64,000 nucleotides of DNA, from the NCBI RefSeq assembly GCF_016717175.1, contig NZ_JADKFZ010000003.1; one strand, 5' to 3'. Both the position numbers and the translations under genes were made by a program. The notes beneath the pieces are model-generated. The model made no database searches and was not told the origin of the DNA. It worked only from the letters and a program-made list of their open reading frames with translations. Shown piece after piece: positions 49,574-59,166 of this stretch (positions are counted from its first letter, which is position 1; each line of letters begins with the position of its first letter). Source of the DNA: Nannocystis sp. (GTDB lineage: Bacteria; Myxococcota_A; Polyangia; Nannocystales; Nannocystaceae).

Positions 49574-50338
49574 ATGCGTAATTCATCCTGGCTCACAATC
49601 TCCATGCTTGCCGTCGCCCTCACGGCGTGCGGCGACGACAAGGGCGACACCCTTTCCGCCGGTAGCAGCAGCACCGATCCCACGGCTGGCTCGACCACCG
49701 TCGAGGTGACGACCACCGCGTCGACCAGCAGCGCGACGAACGACTCGACGACCACCGGCCCGACCACGGTCGAGCCGACGACCGACCCGGCGACGACCGA
49801 CCCGTCGACGACCTCGGGCGACTCGACCTCGGGCACCACCGGCGAGCCGGTCGAGCTGACCTGCGAGAACTACTGCGCCCTGTATGCCACGGGCTGCGCC
49901 GACTTCAGCGAGTACGCCAACGATCAGGACTGTCTGTCGCAGTGCAAGCAGTGGCCGCCCGGCATCGCCGGCGAGACCGCCGGCGACAGCCTCGGCTGCC
50001 GCCTCTACCACGTCGGCGTCGCCAACCAGGTCGATGCGAAGGTGCACTGCCCGCACGCTGGCCCGACCGGCGCGATGGTCTGTGTGTCGCCCGACGCGCC
50101 GATCTGCCAGGACTACTGCGACACGTACCTGAAGAACTGCACGGACAAGCTCAACCTCTACATCGACGCCGCGGACTGCCTGACGCAGTGCGGCGAGTGG
50201 TACCCCGGCACGTATGCCGACACCACCGGTGACACGGTCGGCTGCCGCCTCTACCACGCGGGCGTGGCGATGGCCGATGCCAACACGCACTGCCCGCACG
50301 CCGGCCCCGGCGGCGCGATGGTCTGCGTGGCGCCGTGA
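49574..50338 (+). CDS. Lipoprotein with an S/T-rich linker and two tandem ~75-aa Cys-rich modules
   Basis: It has a lipobox (LAVALTAC). The two modules share C..YC..Y..C.DF…DCL.QC..W.PG….TGD..GCRLYH.GVA……HCPHAGP.GAMVC. Confidence 0.7.
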   Translation: MRNSSWLTISMLAVALTACGDDKGDTLSAGSSSTDPTAGSTTVEVTTTASTSSATNDSTTTGPTTVEPTTDPATTDPSTTSGDSTSGTTGEPVELTCENYCALYATGCADFSEYANDQDCLSQCKQWPPGIAGETAGDSLGCRLYHVGVANQVDAKVHCPHAGPTGAMVCVSPDAPICQDYCDTYLKNCTDKLNLYIDAADCLTQCGEWYPGTYADTTGDTVGCRLYHAGVAMADANTHCPHAGPGGAMVCVAP

Positions 50339-50410
50339 TCGGGTGACGATCGAGTGACGTGAGGATGCTTGTGCGCCGGGCGATGGCCCGGCGCACAACC
50401 CGTCCGTGGT

Positions 50411-51487
50411 TCATGAGCTCTGGGCCTCGGCGAGGCGTTGAGCCTCGTCGCTGGCGCGCAGGGCCGCGATCACCTCGTCGATGTCGCCGTCCATGAAGTC
50501 ATTGAGGGCGTGGCGGGTGAGGCCGATGCGGTGGTCGCTGATGCGGTCCTGCGGATAGTTGTACGTGCGGACCTTTTCGGCGCGGTCACCGGTGCCGACC
50601 TGACCCTTGCGCTGCGCGGCGCGTTCGGCCTGGTAGCGCTGGATCTCGCGGTCGAGCAGGCGCGAGCGCAGCAGTCGCATGGCGATGTCGCGGTTCTTGG
50701 TCTGCGACTTCTCCTGCGAGCAGTGGACCGCGAGGCCAGTGGGGAGGTGGGTCAGGCGGACGGCGGAGTCGGTGGTGTTGACGCTCTGGCCGCCGGAGCC
50801 GCTGGCGCGCATGGTCTGGAGCTCGATGTCCTTGGGGTTGATGACGACGTCGATCTCTTCGGCCTCGGGCATGATCGCGACCGTGGCGGTGGAGGTGTGG
50901 ATCCTGCCCTGGGCCTCGGTGGCCGGGACGCGCTGGACCCGGTGCACGCCGCTCTCGAACTTGAGCATGGCGTAGACATCCTTGCCGCGGATGAGGCCCG
51001 TGATCTCCTTGACGCCGCCGGCCGAGGCCTCGCTCGCGCTCATCACCTCGACGCTCCAGCCGCGGCGCTCGGCGTGGCGGATGTACATGCGCCACAGGTC
51101 GGCGGCGAACAGCGCGGCCTCCTCGCCGCCGGTGCCGGCGCGGATCTCGAGGATGACGTTGCGGCTGTCGTTGGGGTCGCGCGGGAGCAGCAGGCGCTGG
51201 AGCTGGAGCTCGAGCTCGTCGCGGCGGGTCCGCAGCTCGCGGACGTCGTGTTCGGCCAGCTCGCGCATGTCGGGGTCGGCGAGCAGGCCCTCGGCGCCCG
51301 CGAGGCTGGCCTCGACCTGCGCGTACTGCTGCAGCGCCAGCGCCAGCGGGGCGATCTCGCCGTGCTCGCGCGAGAGGGCGAGGAAGCGGGATTTGTCGTG
51401 TACGACCTCGGGATCGCAGAGCATCGTTCCGAGTTCGTCGTGACGATCGGCGATGCTGTCCAGCTTGGCGCGCAGGGAGGCTTCCAC
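50411..51487 (-). CDS. prfA: Peptide chain release factor 1
   Basis: It has the PxT motif (PAT), GGQ (…SGSGGQSVN…) and full-length RF1 similarity. The likely start is GTG at 51487 (VEASLRAKLDS…); the track's upstream M at 51619 is unlikely. Confidence 0.85.
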   Translation of the reverse strand: MEASLRAKLDSIADRHDELGTMLCDPEVVHDKSRFLALSREHGEIAPLALALQQYAQVEASLAGAEGLLADPDMRELAEHDVRELRTRRDELELQLQRLLLPRDPNDSRNVILEIRAGTGGEEAALFAADLWRMYIRHAERRGWSVEVMSASEASAGGVKEITGLIRGKDVYAMLKFESGVHRVQRVPATEAQGRIHTSTATVAIMPEAEEIDVVINPKDIELQTMRASGSGGQSVNTTDSAVRLTHLPTGLAVHCSQEKSQTKNRDIAMRLLRSRLLDREIQRYQAERAAQRKGQVGTGDRAEKVRTYNYPQDRISDHRIGLTRHALNDFMDGDIDEVIAALRASDEAQRLAEAQSS

Positions 51488-51570
51488 GGCGGAGCGGGAA
51501 GCTAACACCCAAGGCCCGCGGCCGCAACGCGACCCGGACGTTGCCAGCGGCCCGGTCGGCGGGATAAAGA

Positions 51571-53001
51571 GTGGGCGCCCGCATGTCCCCTGGATCTGAC
51601 AGCCGCGAGAGGCCGCCACGCGTCGCCGATGCGCCTGCTGCGACGTCGGGCGCGGCGGCTGGCGCGGCGGCTGGGGTGACGGCTGGGGTGATATCTGGCG
51701 TGACGGCTGGCGTGACGGTGGTAGCGGCGTCCTCGTCGGTGAGCGGTGCGCCGAGTCCAGTGGTCCAGGAGGCGCCCCGCTGGTGCGCGCGGCTCGGCTT
51801 CTCGCGTGACCTCTGGACCGGGCGTGCGCGCGTGGTGTGCGACCCGGAGGTGGAGGCGTCGCTCCGCGACACGCGGCGGCTGTCGGGCGCGGCGGCGGGG
51901 CTGTTGGCCGAGCTGCTGCCGGAGCGGGCCAGCACGGTGTGGTTGCTGGCGCAGCGGCCCGACGAGCTCGCGGGGCCGCGGCGTCGCGGGGTGCACTCGC
52001 TCGAGGAATTCGACGGGCTGCTGACGCAGGCGCCGTGGGAGGTTGCGATCGTCGAGCTCGGGCAGTTCCTGGTCGACACGGCGAACCTGTCGCGCTTCGC
52101 GGCGCGGGCCCGCGGCCGGCTCGAGAACCGCCTCGACACGCGGGCCTTTCGCCTGCTGAGCGCCGCAGCCGAGGGGGCGTACGCGGGTCGCACGGTGATC
52201 GTGTCGGTGCCGGCGCAGAGCCGCGGCGGGCTCTCGCTGTCGGACTTTCAGGACCTGCTCGAGCAGCACTTCGCGCGGGCCCGCGTGTACGCGCTGGCGC
52301 CGGTGGCGGTGGCCGTGGTGGTCGACTGCGGCGAGGTGGTCCGTGAGGACGAGGACGAGGGCGACGCTGGCGAGGACGACGATGACAGCGCGCCGCCCCT
52401 GGGCTTCGACAACCGGCTCGGCGAGGACCTGGGCTACGACACGTACCTCGCGCTGGTCAACGCGCCGGCCGAGCCCGAGGGAGTGACGCTGGTCGAGCTG
52501 CCGGCGGCCGCGCTGGGGGCGACGCGCAGCGCCGAGGTGTCGCGTCCGCACGCGGCCGCACGTCCGCAGGAGGCCCGCCGCAGCGAGCGCAGCGAGGCCG
52601 AGCTCGAGAACCTCAAGATCCAGCTGGGGCAGGCGCGGCGGCAGGTCGAGCTGGCGGCGATCGCCCGCCAGTCGCTGGTCGAGCAGCTCGACGCGGCCCA
52701 GGCTCGCGTCGACAACCTCGAGGATCAGGTCGCGGAGCAGCAGCGACGACAGAGCGCGAGCGAGGTCAGCGATCGCCGGGCCGCGGCGCTGGCTGCGGCG
52801 CCTCTCGGAGAGCAGGTGCACGCCGAGCCGCCGACCGACCTGCGGCCCGACGCGACCCAGGCCACGCTGCTGGCGCTGCGCTGGGAGCTCGAGCAGACCC
52901 GCGAGGAGCTGCGCAAGGCGCTCGGGCGGCCTGTGGACGCGCTCGAGCGGGAGCTCGCCGAGCTCCGGGCCCGGCTCGGCGTGCCAACGCCGGCAGACTG
53001 A
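51571..53001 (+). CDS. Hypothetical protein with an N-terminal low-complexity repeat and a C-terminal coiled coil
   Basis: It has a 12-nt imperfect tandem repeat at ~51640-51722 (AGVTAGVISGVTAGVT), a central region with no family match, and a C-terminal heptad-like EL/QL-rich segment. The start is uncertain. Confidence 0.45.
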   Translation: MGARMSPGSDSRERPPRVADAPAATSGAAAGAAAGVTAGVISGVTAGVTVVAASSSVSGAPSPVVQEAPRWCARLGFSRDLWTGRARVVCDPEVEASLRDTRRLSGAAAGLLAELLPERASTVWLLAQRPDELAGPRRRGVHSLEEFDGLLTQAPWEVAIVELGQFLVDTANLSRFAARARGRLENRLDTRAFRLLSAAAEGAYAGRTVIVSVPAQSRGGLSLSDFQDLLEQHFARARVYALAPVAVAVVVDCGEVVREDEDEGDAGEDDDDSAPPLGFDNRLGEDLGYDTYLALVNAPAEPEGVTLVELPAAALGATRSAEVSRPHAAARPQEARRSERSEAELENLKIQLGQARRQVELAAIARQSLVEQLDAAQARVDNLEDQVAEQQRRQSASEVSDRRAAALAAAPLGEQVHAEPPTDLRPDATQATLLALRWELEQTREELRKALGRPVDALERELAELRARLGVPTPAD

Positions 53002-53276
53002 CGCTGCGCGGCGATCGAGGCTCTCGGCCCCCTATTTGGCGATCGGGCTGGCTTGCAGCGAAGGCGCGTGCGTGGGCAGTCTTGCGCGTCGTGGGGCGCG
53101 GACCCGACGGTCGCGTGTTGCCCGGCCCAGGGGCATGAGACTATGCTCGCCGAGCGCGCCATTCCCCCCAGAGTGGGCGCACCGACCGACCCGCCATCAC
53201 GTGTTTGCGAAACCCGCGCCTGACCAGCGCGGTCGCGCGCGGTGCACCGGGCCTCCCTTGCGAAAGCGACTTGGCC

Positions 53277-53921
53277 ATGAAGATCTCGTCCGACGCGCCG
53301 ATCCCCGACTGGTCGGCCCTTGAAACTGCCTTCGAACACAACGCCCCCGATCACCACGCCTATCTCGATCTCAGCAACGGACAGGTCGTCACGATCAACG
53401 ACAGCCGCCCCGAGGATGAAGAGAAGCGCCAGCTGATCAGCAAGAGCACCGGGCGCTTCGTTCACCTCGACCCGGCCTCATCGCGCGAGCAGTACCGGTG
53501 GATGGAGCGCTTCGTCGCCTCGGTCGAGGAGGTCAGCCTGCGCGAGCGGCTGGTGCTAGCGATCGACGGCAAGGGCGCGTTCCGCCGCTTCAAGGACGTG
53601 CTGCTGTCGTACCCGGTCGAGCGCGACCGGTGGTTTAGCTACCGCGCCAACTTGCTGCACATCTACATCGACGGCTGGCTCGCCGGCCAGGACGTGCTGC
53701 TCGGCGCCTATCCGCCGTGGGGCAAGCCCGAGGAGCCGACCGAGCCGAACGTGCCGCTGGAGAAGCCGCCGGGCGAGCGGGGCGCGGGCGCCTCGGAGAC
53801 CCTGCGTCGCACGGCGCGCGACCTCATCGACCGCCTGCCGGCGCTCGAGCTGCCGGCCGCGATCGCGTACCTGCAGTACCTCCACGAGCGCGGGCCATCG
53901 GTGCCCGACGCGCCCGCGTGA
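53277..53921 (+). CDS. UPF0158-family protein
   Basis: MKISSDAPIPDWSALETAFEHNAPDHHAYLDLSNGQVVTIND… resembles UPF0158. The assignment is from memory of that family, and the family name is uncertain. It is 4 nt upstream of the next gene. Confidence 0.55.
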   Translation: MKISSDAPIPDWSALETAFEHNAPDHHAYLDLSNGQVVTINDSRPEDEEKRQLISKSTGRFVHLDPASSREQYRWMERFVASVEEVSLRERLVLAIDGKGAFRRFKDVLLSYPVERDRWFSYRANLLHIYIDGWLAGQDVLLGAYPPWGKPEEPTEPNVPLEKPPGERGAGASETLRRTARDLIDRLPALELPAAIAYLQYLHERGPSVPDAPA

Positions 53922-53925
53922 GCCT

Positions 53926-54918
53926 GTGCCTTCGGACATGTCTCAGGCGACAGGTCGCCGCTTCGCCCGCTTCATCGGCGTCAACCTCGGAGGCGGGCGC
54001 GGCAAGACCACCGCGGTCGCGCGCCTCGAGGCGTCGGCCAGCGGCGGCGTGCGTCTGGTCGAGGCCCGCATGCGCCACGGCCACCGCGGCGGCGGCGAGG
54101 ACAGCGGCGAGGAGAGCGGCGATCCGCTGTTCCGCGACGAGGTGCTGGTGGCCTACGTGCAGCGGCACCTCGACGACGAGACGGTCGTGGCGATCAACGC
54201 CCCGCTGACGCTGCCGCCGTGCATCCGCTGCAATTTGCCGTGCCCGGGCGTGCCAGCCTGCGAGGTGCCGGTGGTCGCGTGGATGCGGCGGCACGCCCCG
54301 GCGCTGCTGACCCATCGGGGTCGCAGCGACCGCGGAAAGCCGGCGGTCACGCCGTACACGCAGCGGGCCGCCGACCTGTTGCTCGCGCACGCCGGCCTGC
54401 AGCCGCGCGAGTCGCTGGGGCAGGGGATGGGCCCGCTGGCGGCCCGCGCCGCGTACCTGCGCCACGTGCTGTCGCCGATGTTGCGTCTGCACGAGAACCT
54501 CATCGAGGTCCACCCGACCGCCACCTTGATCCGTCTGTTCGGGACGGCGACGGTGCAGCGTCTCGGTCGCGGGCCCACCGATGAGGTCGCGGCGCAGCGT
54601 CGCAAGATCTTCGTCGGCCTTGGCGAGAAGCTGCACTTCAACTACGTCTGGCCCGAGATCGTGGTCCGAAGCCCCCATATCTTTGAAGCGGTGCTTTCGG
54701 CCTTCACAGCGTTCCTGTGGGCGACCCAGGGCTGGCAGGGGCCGGGCGATCTGGCCGCGCCCGCGCCGGATCCGTCGAGCCCGCCCGCGATCGTCCGCGA
54801 CCCGCTGACGCCGGCGCTGGCGGAGCTCGACCATCTCTGGCTGGAGGACGGCTGGATCTGGGTGCCTCCGGTGCAAACCCGCGAGGCCGAGCCCGGGCGC
54901 GGCGGGGCAGGCGTGTGA
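53926..54918 (+). CDS. DUF429-domain protein (predicted RNase-H-like fold)
   Basis: …RFIGVNLGGGRGKTTAVARLE… is the N-terminal RNase-H-like strand-1 motif typical of DUF429. It is ~330 aa. The assignment is by recollection of the family signature. Confidence 0.55.
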   Translation: MPSDMSQATGRRFARFIGVNLGGGRGKTTAVARLEASASGGVRLVEARMRHGHRGGGEDSGEESGDPLFRDEVLVAYVQRHLDDETVVAINAPLTLPPCIRCNLPCPGVPACEVPVVAWMRRHAPALLTHRGRSDRGKPAVTPYTQRAADLLLAHAGLQPRESLGQGMGPLAARAAYLRHVLSPMLRLHENLIEVHPTATLIRLFGTATVQRLGRGPTDEVAAQRRKIFVGLGEKLHFNYVWPEIVVRSPHIFEAVLSAFTAFLWATQGWQGPGDLAAPAPDPSSPPAIVRDPLTPALAELDHLWLEDGWIWVPPVQTREAEPGRGGAGV

Positions 54919-55115
54919 TACGGCACGCAGCATTCGCCAGACCGTGGGCTCGTGGAGGCCGTTCATGCCGCCCCGTGATGTTCGCTCGCGCCACCGCTGT
55001 GCTCTCGTTGCGTCGCCATGCTCAGTGCGGTGGGGCCTGCGATCGGCTTGCCTGGGGCGTCGCCGCCGGTGCAACATCGTCCTGTCGCCGTCGGAGCGAC
55101 CCGCGCTGAGGAGCC

Positions 55116-56195
55116 ATGGCAGACCCGGGCAACGATACGTCTTCCGAGGCCGCTGGGGGCCGAGCGGGAGAGTGGTCGCCGGCCGAGCTCGACGTCCTCG
55201 AGGACGCGCTCGAGCGCTGGACCGCGGCGGAGCTCGAGGCTGTTCCCGAGGACAGCACACTGTCGCCGCGGATGCGCGAGCGGCTCGAGTCGTACCGCGA
55301 CCTGCTGGCGATGACTCGCGCCGAGATCCCGCTCGAGGACGTGTCCGACTCGCTGCTCGCGGGCGTGCTCGCCGAGGCGGCGCGCAGCGGCTCGGCCGCG
55401 CCAGCGCGCGAGCTCAAGGTCGCGGAGGCGGTGCGGGTGGGCTTTTGGGAGCGGCTGCGGCGATCGATGCTGCTGCCCGGCCTGGCCCTCGCGGGCTCGG
55501 CGGCGCTGTTGCTGTGGATGGTCCAGCCCGGCGACGAGGCCCCCACGACGTTGGCCACGCAGACCACGCCGGCCCGGCTCACGCCCGAGGCGAGCCCGGC
55601 CCCGGCCGCGCCGAAGCTCCCCGAGCTGCGCGAGGCGCCGGAGATGGACGAGCTGCGCGGCGGCGCGGCCGAAGAGAAGCAGGCTGATGAGGCGCCAGGG
55701 GCGGCCGCACCGGAGCCGGCTGCGGTGCTGGCCGACCCCGCCGAAGCGGCTGTCTCAAAGGACAGCAAGCTCGAGCTCAAGGGCGACCGCGGCAAGGCCA
55801 AGTCGATCAAGAAGAGCGAGCTGCCGGCCGAGTCCTACCCGGGCCTCGATGATGTCCCGAGCGACGCCGCGGCTGACAAGGACGCGCTGCGCGACACCCT
55901 CGAGCAGGCCGACAGGGCCCGCCGCAAGGGCCGCTGCGATCTGGCGCTCGGGCTCTACCAGGAGGCGACTGGCATGAGCGGCCCGGACAGCGAGCGGGCC
56001 CAGGCGCGGGCCGGCTACGGGCTGTGCCTGCAGGCCCAGGGCAACGACGCCGCGGCCATGAAGTACTTCGAGTCGGCCGGCAAGATCTCGCCGAGCATCA
56101 ACGCGTGGATCAAGCGCGAGCGCGGCGACAGCTCGCCGAAGAAGGCGCCGGCCAAGCCCAGCTCCAAGGCCCACGTCGACGAACCGTTCAAGTGA
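55116..56195 (+). CDS. Single-pass membrane protein with a cytoplasmic N-domain and a periplasmic TPR-like C-domain (anti-sigma-factor-like topology)
   Basis: It has a TM segment (LLPGLALAGSAALLLWMV), a Pro/Ala/Glu-rich linker, then CDLALGLYQEATGMSG…GLCLQAQGNDAAAMKYFESAG (TPR-like). No sigma factor gene is adjacent. Confidence 0.55.
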   Translation: MADPGNDTSSEAAGGRAGEWSPAELDVLEDALERWTAAELEAVPEDSTLSPRMRERLESYRDLLAMTRAEIPLEDVSDSLLAGVLAEAARSGSAAPARELKVAEAVRVGFWERLRRSMLLPGLALAGSAALLLWMVQPGDEAPTTLATQTTPARLTPEASPAPAAPKLPELREAPEMDELRGGAAEEKQADEAPGAAAPEPAAVLADPAEAAVSKDSKLELKGDRGKAKSIKKSELPAESYPGLDDVPSDAAADKDALRDTLEQADRARRKGRCDLALGLYQEATGMSGPDSERAQARAGYGLCLQAQGNDAAAMKYFESAGKISPSINAWIKRERGDSSPKKAPAKPSSKAHVDEPFK

Positions 56196-56243
56196 TCGGC
56201 GGATCGGCGGTTGGCTGTCCTCGGGGACAGGCTCGCGTGAGCG

Positions 56244-56930
56244 TCACTGGATGTCGACGCCGAAGCTGACCGCCATCGCCGGGCCGTCGAAGTCGGGGAA
56301 GCGGTGGTCGAACACGGCCCGACGCGCGCAGCTCGGGATGCCCCATACGCGCAGGCTCGCGGGGGCGCTGAGGGTGACGCTCTCGACCTTGCCGCTGGGG
56401 AGCACACGCAGCTTGAACTTGAGGCTGCCCGCGGGGATCTCGGCGTAGGCGCTCGCCGTGGTGACGCAGCGCTGGATCTGCGGGGTCACCTGGGCGAAGT
56501 GACGGTCGAGCTCGGCCTCGGAGAGTCGCTCGCTGCCGGCCTTGAGGTCGAGGGTCTGCGCCTCGGCGTTGCTAAACTGCGGGATCTTGCTGTCGTCGAT
56601 CGGCACGAAGGGTGGGGGCGGGGCCTCGGGGGGGCCGTCAACGTCGTCGGCCGCGTCCGGTGTCGCGTCGCCCGGGGCCGCATCGCCGCCGGTCCGCGTG
56701 CCCCGGCGCTTGCGCTTCTGCTTGCGCTTGCCCGGCTTCTCCGGGGGTGGGGGTGGGGTCTCGGCGATCGCCTGACAGCGATCCGCGACGCACTCGGTGC
56801 CCGGTCCGCACGCGCCGCCGCAGGGCTCGCGCACCTCGTTCGTGCAGGCCAGGGCCGTGACCGCCGCGATGGCCAGGAGGGCCGTGACTGCCAGTAGCGC
56901 CGGGCCGAGAGCTGCGAGCGACCTGGCCAC
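56244..56930 (-). CDS. Secreted Cys-containing hypothetical protein
   Basis: It starts with GTG at 56930 ([29 protein letters not shown]). It has a Cys-rich stretch ([16 protein letters not shown]), a K/R-rich linker and a conserved-looking C-terminal domain. Confidence 0.5.
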   Translation of the reverse strand: MARSLAALGPALLAVTALLAIAAVTALACTNEVREPCGGACGPGTECVADRCQAIAETPPPPPEKPGKRKQKRKRRGTRTGGDAAPGDATPDAADDVDGPPEAPPPPFVPIDDSKIPQFSNAEAQTLDLKAGSERLSEAELDRHFAQVTPQIQRCVTTASAYAEIPAGSLKFKLRVLPSGKVESVTLSAPASLRVWGIPSCARRAVFDHRFPDFDGPAMAVSFGVDIQ

Positions 56931-57026
56931 TGTCCGCGAAATACGCGGGTGGGGTGGGGCTGTCAAGCTGCTGGAGCGCAGTCTGGGACCGTTGCAGCGG
57001 CGGCGGGCTCGTGGCAGCTTCCGCCC

Positions 57027-57377
57027 GTGTCCGAGCCCCGCACTGCGTCCCTCGAGTCCTTCGCCAACCCGCGGCCTGGGCGAAGCTACGAGATCCGCTT
57101 CGAGTGCCCCGAATTCACGTGTCTGTGCCCGGTCACGGGCCAGCCCGACTTCGCGACCATCCGAGTCCGTTACACGCCCGGCGAGCGCTGCGTGGAGCTC
57201 AAGAGCCTCAAGCTCTATCTGTGGTCGTACCGTGACCGCGGGGCCTTCCACGAGGCGGTGACCAACCAGATCCTCGACGACCTGGTCGCCGCCGTGGCCC
57301 CGCTGCGGATGACGGTGGAGGGCGATTTCTACGTCCGCGGTGGGATCCGTACCGTGGTCGAGGTGCAGCACCCGTAA
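57027..57377 (+). CDS. queF: NADPH-dependent 7-cyano-7-deazaguanine reductase, type I
   Basis: …LESFANP…[30 protein letters not shown]…[13 protein letters not shown]… is the QueF catalytic Cys and motif. The start is uncertain: GTG at 57027 or GTG at 56949. Confidence 0.85.
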   Translation: MSEPRTASLESFANPRPGRSYEIRFECPEFTCLCPVTGQPDFATIRVRYTPGERCVELKSLKLYLWSYRDRGAFHEAVTNQILDDLVAAVAPLRMTVEGDFYVRGGIRTVVEVQHP

Positions 57378-57463
57378 CCGGCGCAGCACCCGTAAGTGGC
57401 GCAGCTTGTGATACGGTGCCCGGCGCAGGCGTCGGCCCGCGTGGGTCGCCGCTGCCGGAGATC

Positions 57464-58897
57464 GCCATGCCACTGTTGCCGAGCCTCGCGGGCGCCCTGC
57501 TCGCGCTCCTCCTGGACGGACCCTTCAACTACGAATTCTCGCGCGTCACCGACGAGAAGGGCGAGGCCTACTTCGTCGTGCGGGCCAACGAGAACCTGCC
57601 GCAGATGGAGGTCACGATCACGGGTGACCGCCAGAAGATCCGCAAGCAGCTCCCGCCGATCAAGGCCGGCAAGGAGCACAAGATCGTGTGGGTGCAGAAC
57701 TCGCCGACGGCGGCATACGAGGTGAAGATGATCGCCGGCTCGGCCGAGGCGGAGACCGGCTTCGAGATCAGCCGCGCGACCGGCAAGGCCGTCACCGGTG
57801 AGGCCGGCAAGATCACGGCCCTGGCGACCGCCGAGGACCTCGTCTACAAGCACCAGTCGATCTATCAGACCTCCTTCGATGTCACGAGCTACAAGTTCGA
57901 GGTCTACGACACCGACGGCGACGTGATCCACGTCGACAACGGCAGCCAGGCGCCGTTCAAGGGCGGCGAGCGAGTCACGCTCAAGTGGGACAGCCCCAAC
58001 GACGTGTTCCTCGTCAAGGTCCGCTTCGACGGCGACGCCGGGCAGTACGGCGAGCACATCCTCGCGCCGATGGCGATCGAGATCCCGCACACCGAGGTCG
58101 TGTTCGACAGCGGCAAGGCGCTCATCAAGGGCGAGCAGTCGCCCAAGCTCGACGAGGCCGCCGCGGTGGCGATGAACAAGCTGGCCGCGGTCGAGAACGC
58201 CAAGGCCGCCGTCGGCAACGCGCTGGCGGGCAACGGCTACGTCGCCAAGCTGTTTATCAGCGGCTACACCGACACCGTCGGTCCGCCGGCGGACAACCAG
58301 AAGCTCTCGCAGCAGCGGGCCAAGGCGATCGCCGACTATTTCTACAGCAAGGGCGTGTGGTCCGAGATCTACTTCGCCGGCATGGGTGAGCGCGGGCTCA
58401 AGGTCCAGACCGGCGACAGCGTCGACGAGGAGAAGAACCGCCGCGCCGTCTACGTGATCAGCTTCCAGCCGCCCACGGGCGCCTGGTTCCCCGCCCCTGG
58501 CGCGTGGAAGAAGGCGGCCAGCAGCCGCGCGCGGCCCAAGGAGATCCCAGCCTACCCCGAGAAGTGGAAGCAGCACGAGAAGGAGAAGCGTGACAGCGCC
58601 CCCAGCACGAGCGGCAGCGGCGGCGACACGAGTAGCGGTGACACAGGCAGCGGCACCAGCGGCGACAGCGGCGACACCAGCAGCGGGGACAACGGCAGCA
58701 GCCGTCGCCCCGGCCTCGGTGAGGGCGACCCGGGCACGCCCTACCTCGGCGGCGCCGAGGATCCGCCGGCCGTCGGCGGCGAGCCAGGCGCGACCAAGAA
58801 GGGCTGCAGCGTGCACCGCGAAGAGATGCCCGGCGCGCTGATCGTGGTGCTGGCCGGGATGCTCGGGCTGCGTCGTCGCCGTCGCCAGTCGGCATGA
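57464..58897 (+). CDS. OmpA-domain protein with a C-terminal MYXO-CTERM sorting signal
   Basis: It has an OmpA_C-like region (…KLFISGYTDTVGPPADNQKLSQQRAKAIADYF…NRRAVYVI) and an S/G/D-rich linker. The tail …GCSVHREEMPGALIVVLAGMLGLRRRRRQSA* has a Cys, a hydrophobic stretch and Arg, typical of MYXO-CTERM. Confidence 0.75.
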   Translation, partial: AMPLLPSLAGALLALLLDGPFNYEFSRVTDEKGEAYFVVRANENLPQMEVTITGDRQKIRKQLPPIKAGKEHKIVWVQNSPTAAYEVKMIAGSAEAETGFEISRATGKAVTGEAGKITALATAEDLVYKHQSIYQTSFDVTSYKFEVYDTDGDVIHVDNGSQAPFKGGERVTLKWDSPNDVFLVKVRFDGDAGQYGEHILAPMAIEIPHTEVVFDSGKALIKGEQSPKLDEAAAVAMNKLAAVENAKAAVGNALAGNGYVAKLFISGYTDTVGPPADNQKLSQQRAKAIADYFYSKGVWSEIYFAGMGERGLKVQTGDSVDEEKNRRAVYVISFQPPTGAWFPAPGAWKKAASSRARPKEIPAYPEKWKQHEKEKRDSAPSTSGSGGDTSSGDTGSGTSGDSGDTSSGDNGSSRRPGLGEGDPGTPYLGGAEDPPAVGGEPGATKKGCSVHREEMPGALIVVLAGMLGLRRRRRQSA

Positions 58898-58982
58898 CCC
58901 TCGAGACGAGCGGCGTGCGCGTGCTGCCCGGTCGCCCGCAGGCCGGCCGCGATTGAGCCCCGCCGGCCCGGGCCGACTTTCG

Positions 58983-59136
58983 CGCGTGGCGTGTGCCTCG
59001 CGTTGCCCGGACGCCCGCCCGCTTGCGCCTGACCGCGCAGCGATCGCGCTGTTGATCTGAGCGCGTGGCGTGTGCCTCGCGTTGCCCGCACGGTCGCTCG
59101 CGTGCGCCTGACCGCGCACCCATCGCGCTGTTGATC
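58983..59136. repeat. Two tandem ~76-bp direct repeats (~85% identical) in the intergenic region upstream of the 59167 gene
   Basis: Copy 1 (58983-59057) and copy 2 (59061-59136) both run GCGCGTGGCGTGTGCCTCGCGTTGCCC… …CGCCTGACCGCGCA…ATCGCGCTGTTGATC. They are separated by TGA. Copy 1 contains the palindrome GCGATCGC. Confidence 0.85.
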
Positions 59137-59166
59137 GGACCGCGTGCACGTGGTCCCATCGTCGCC

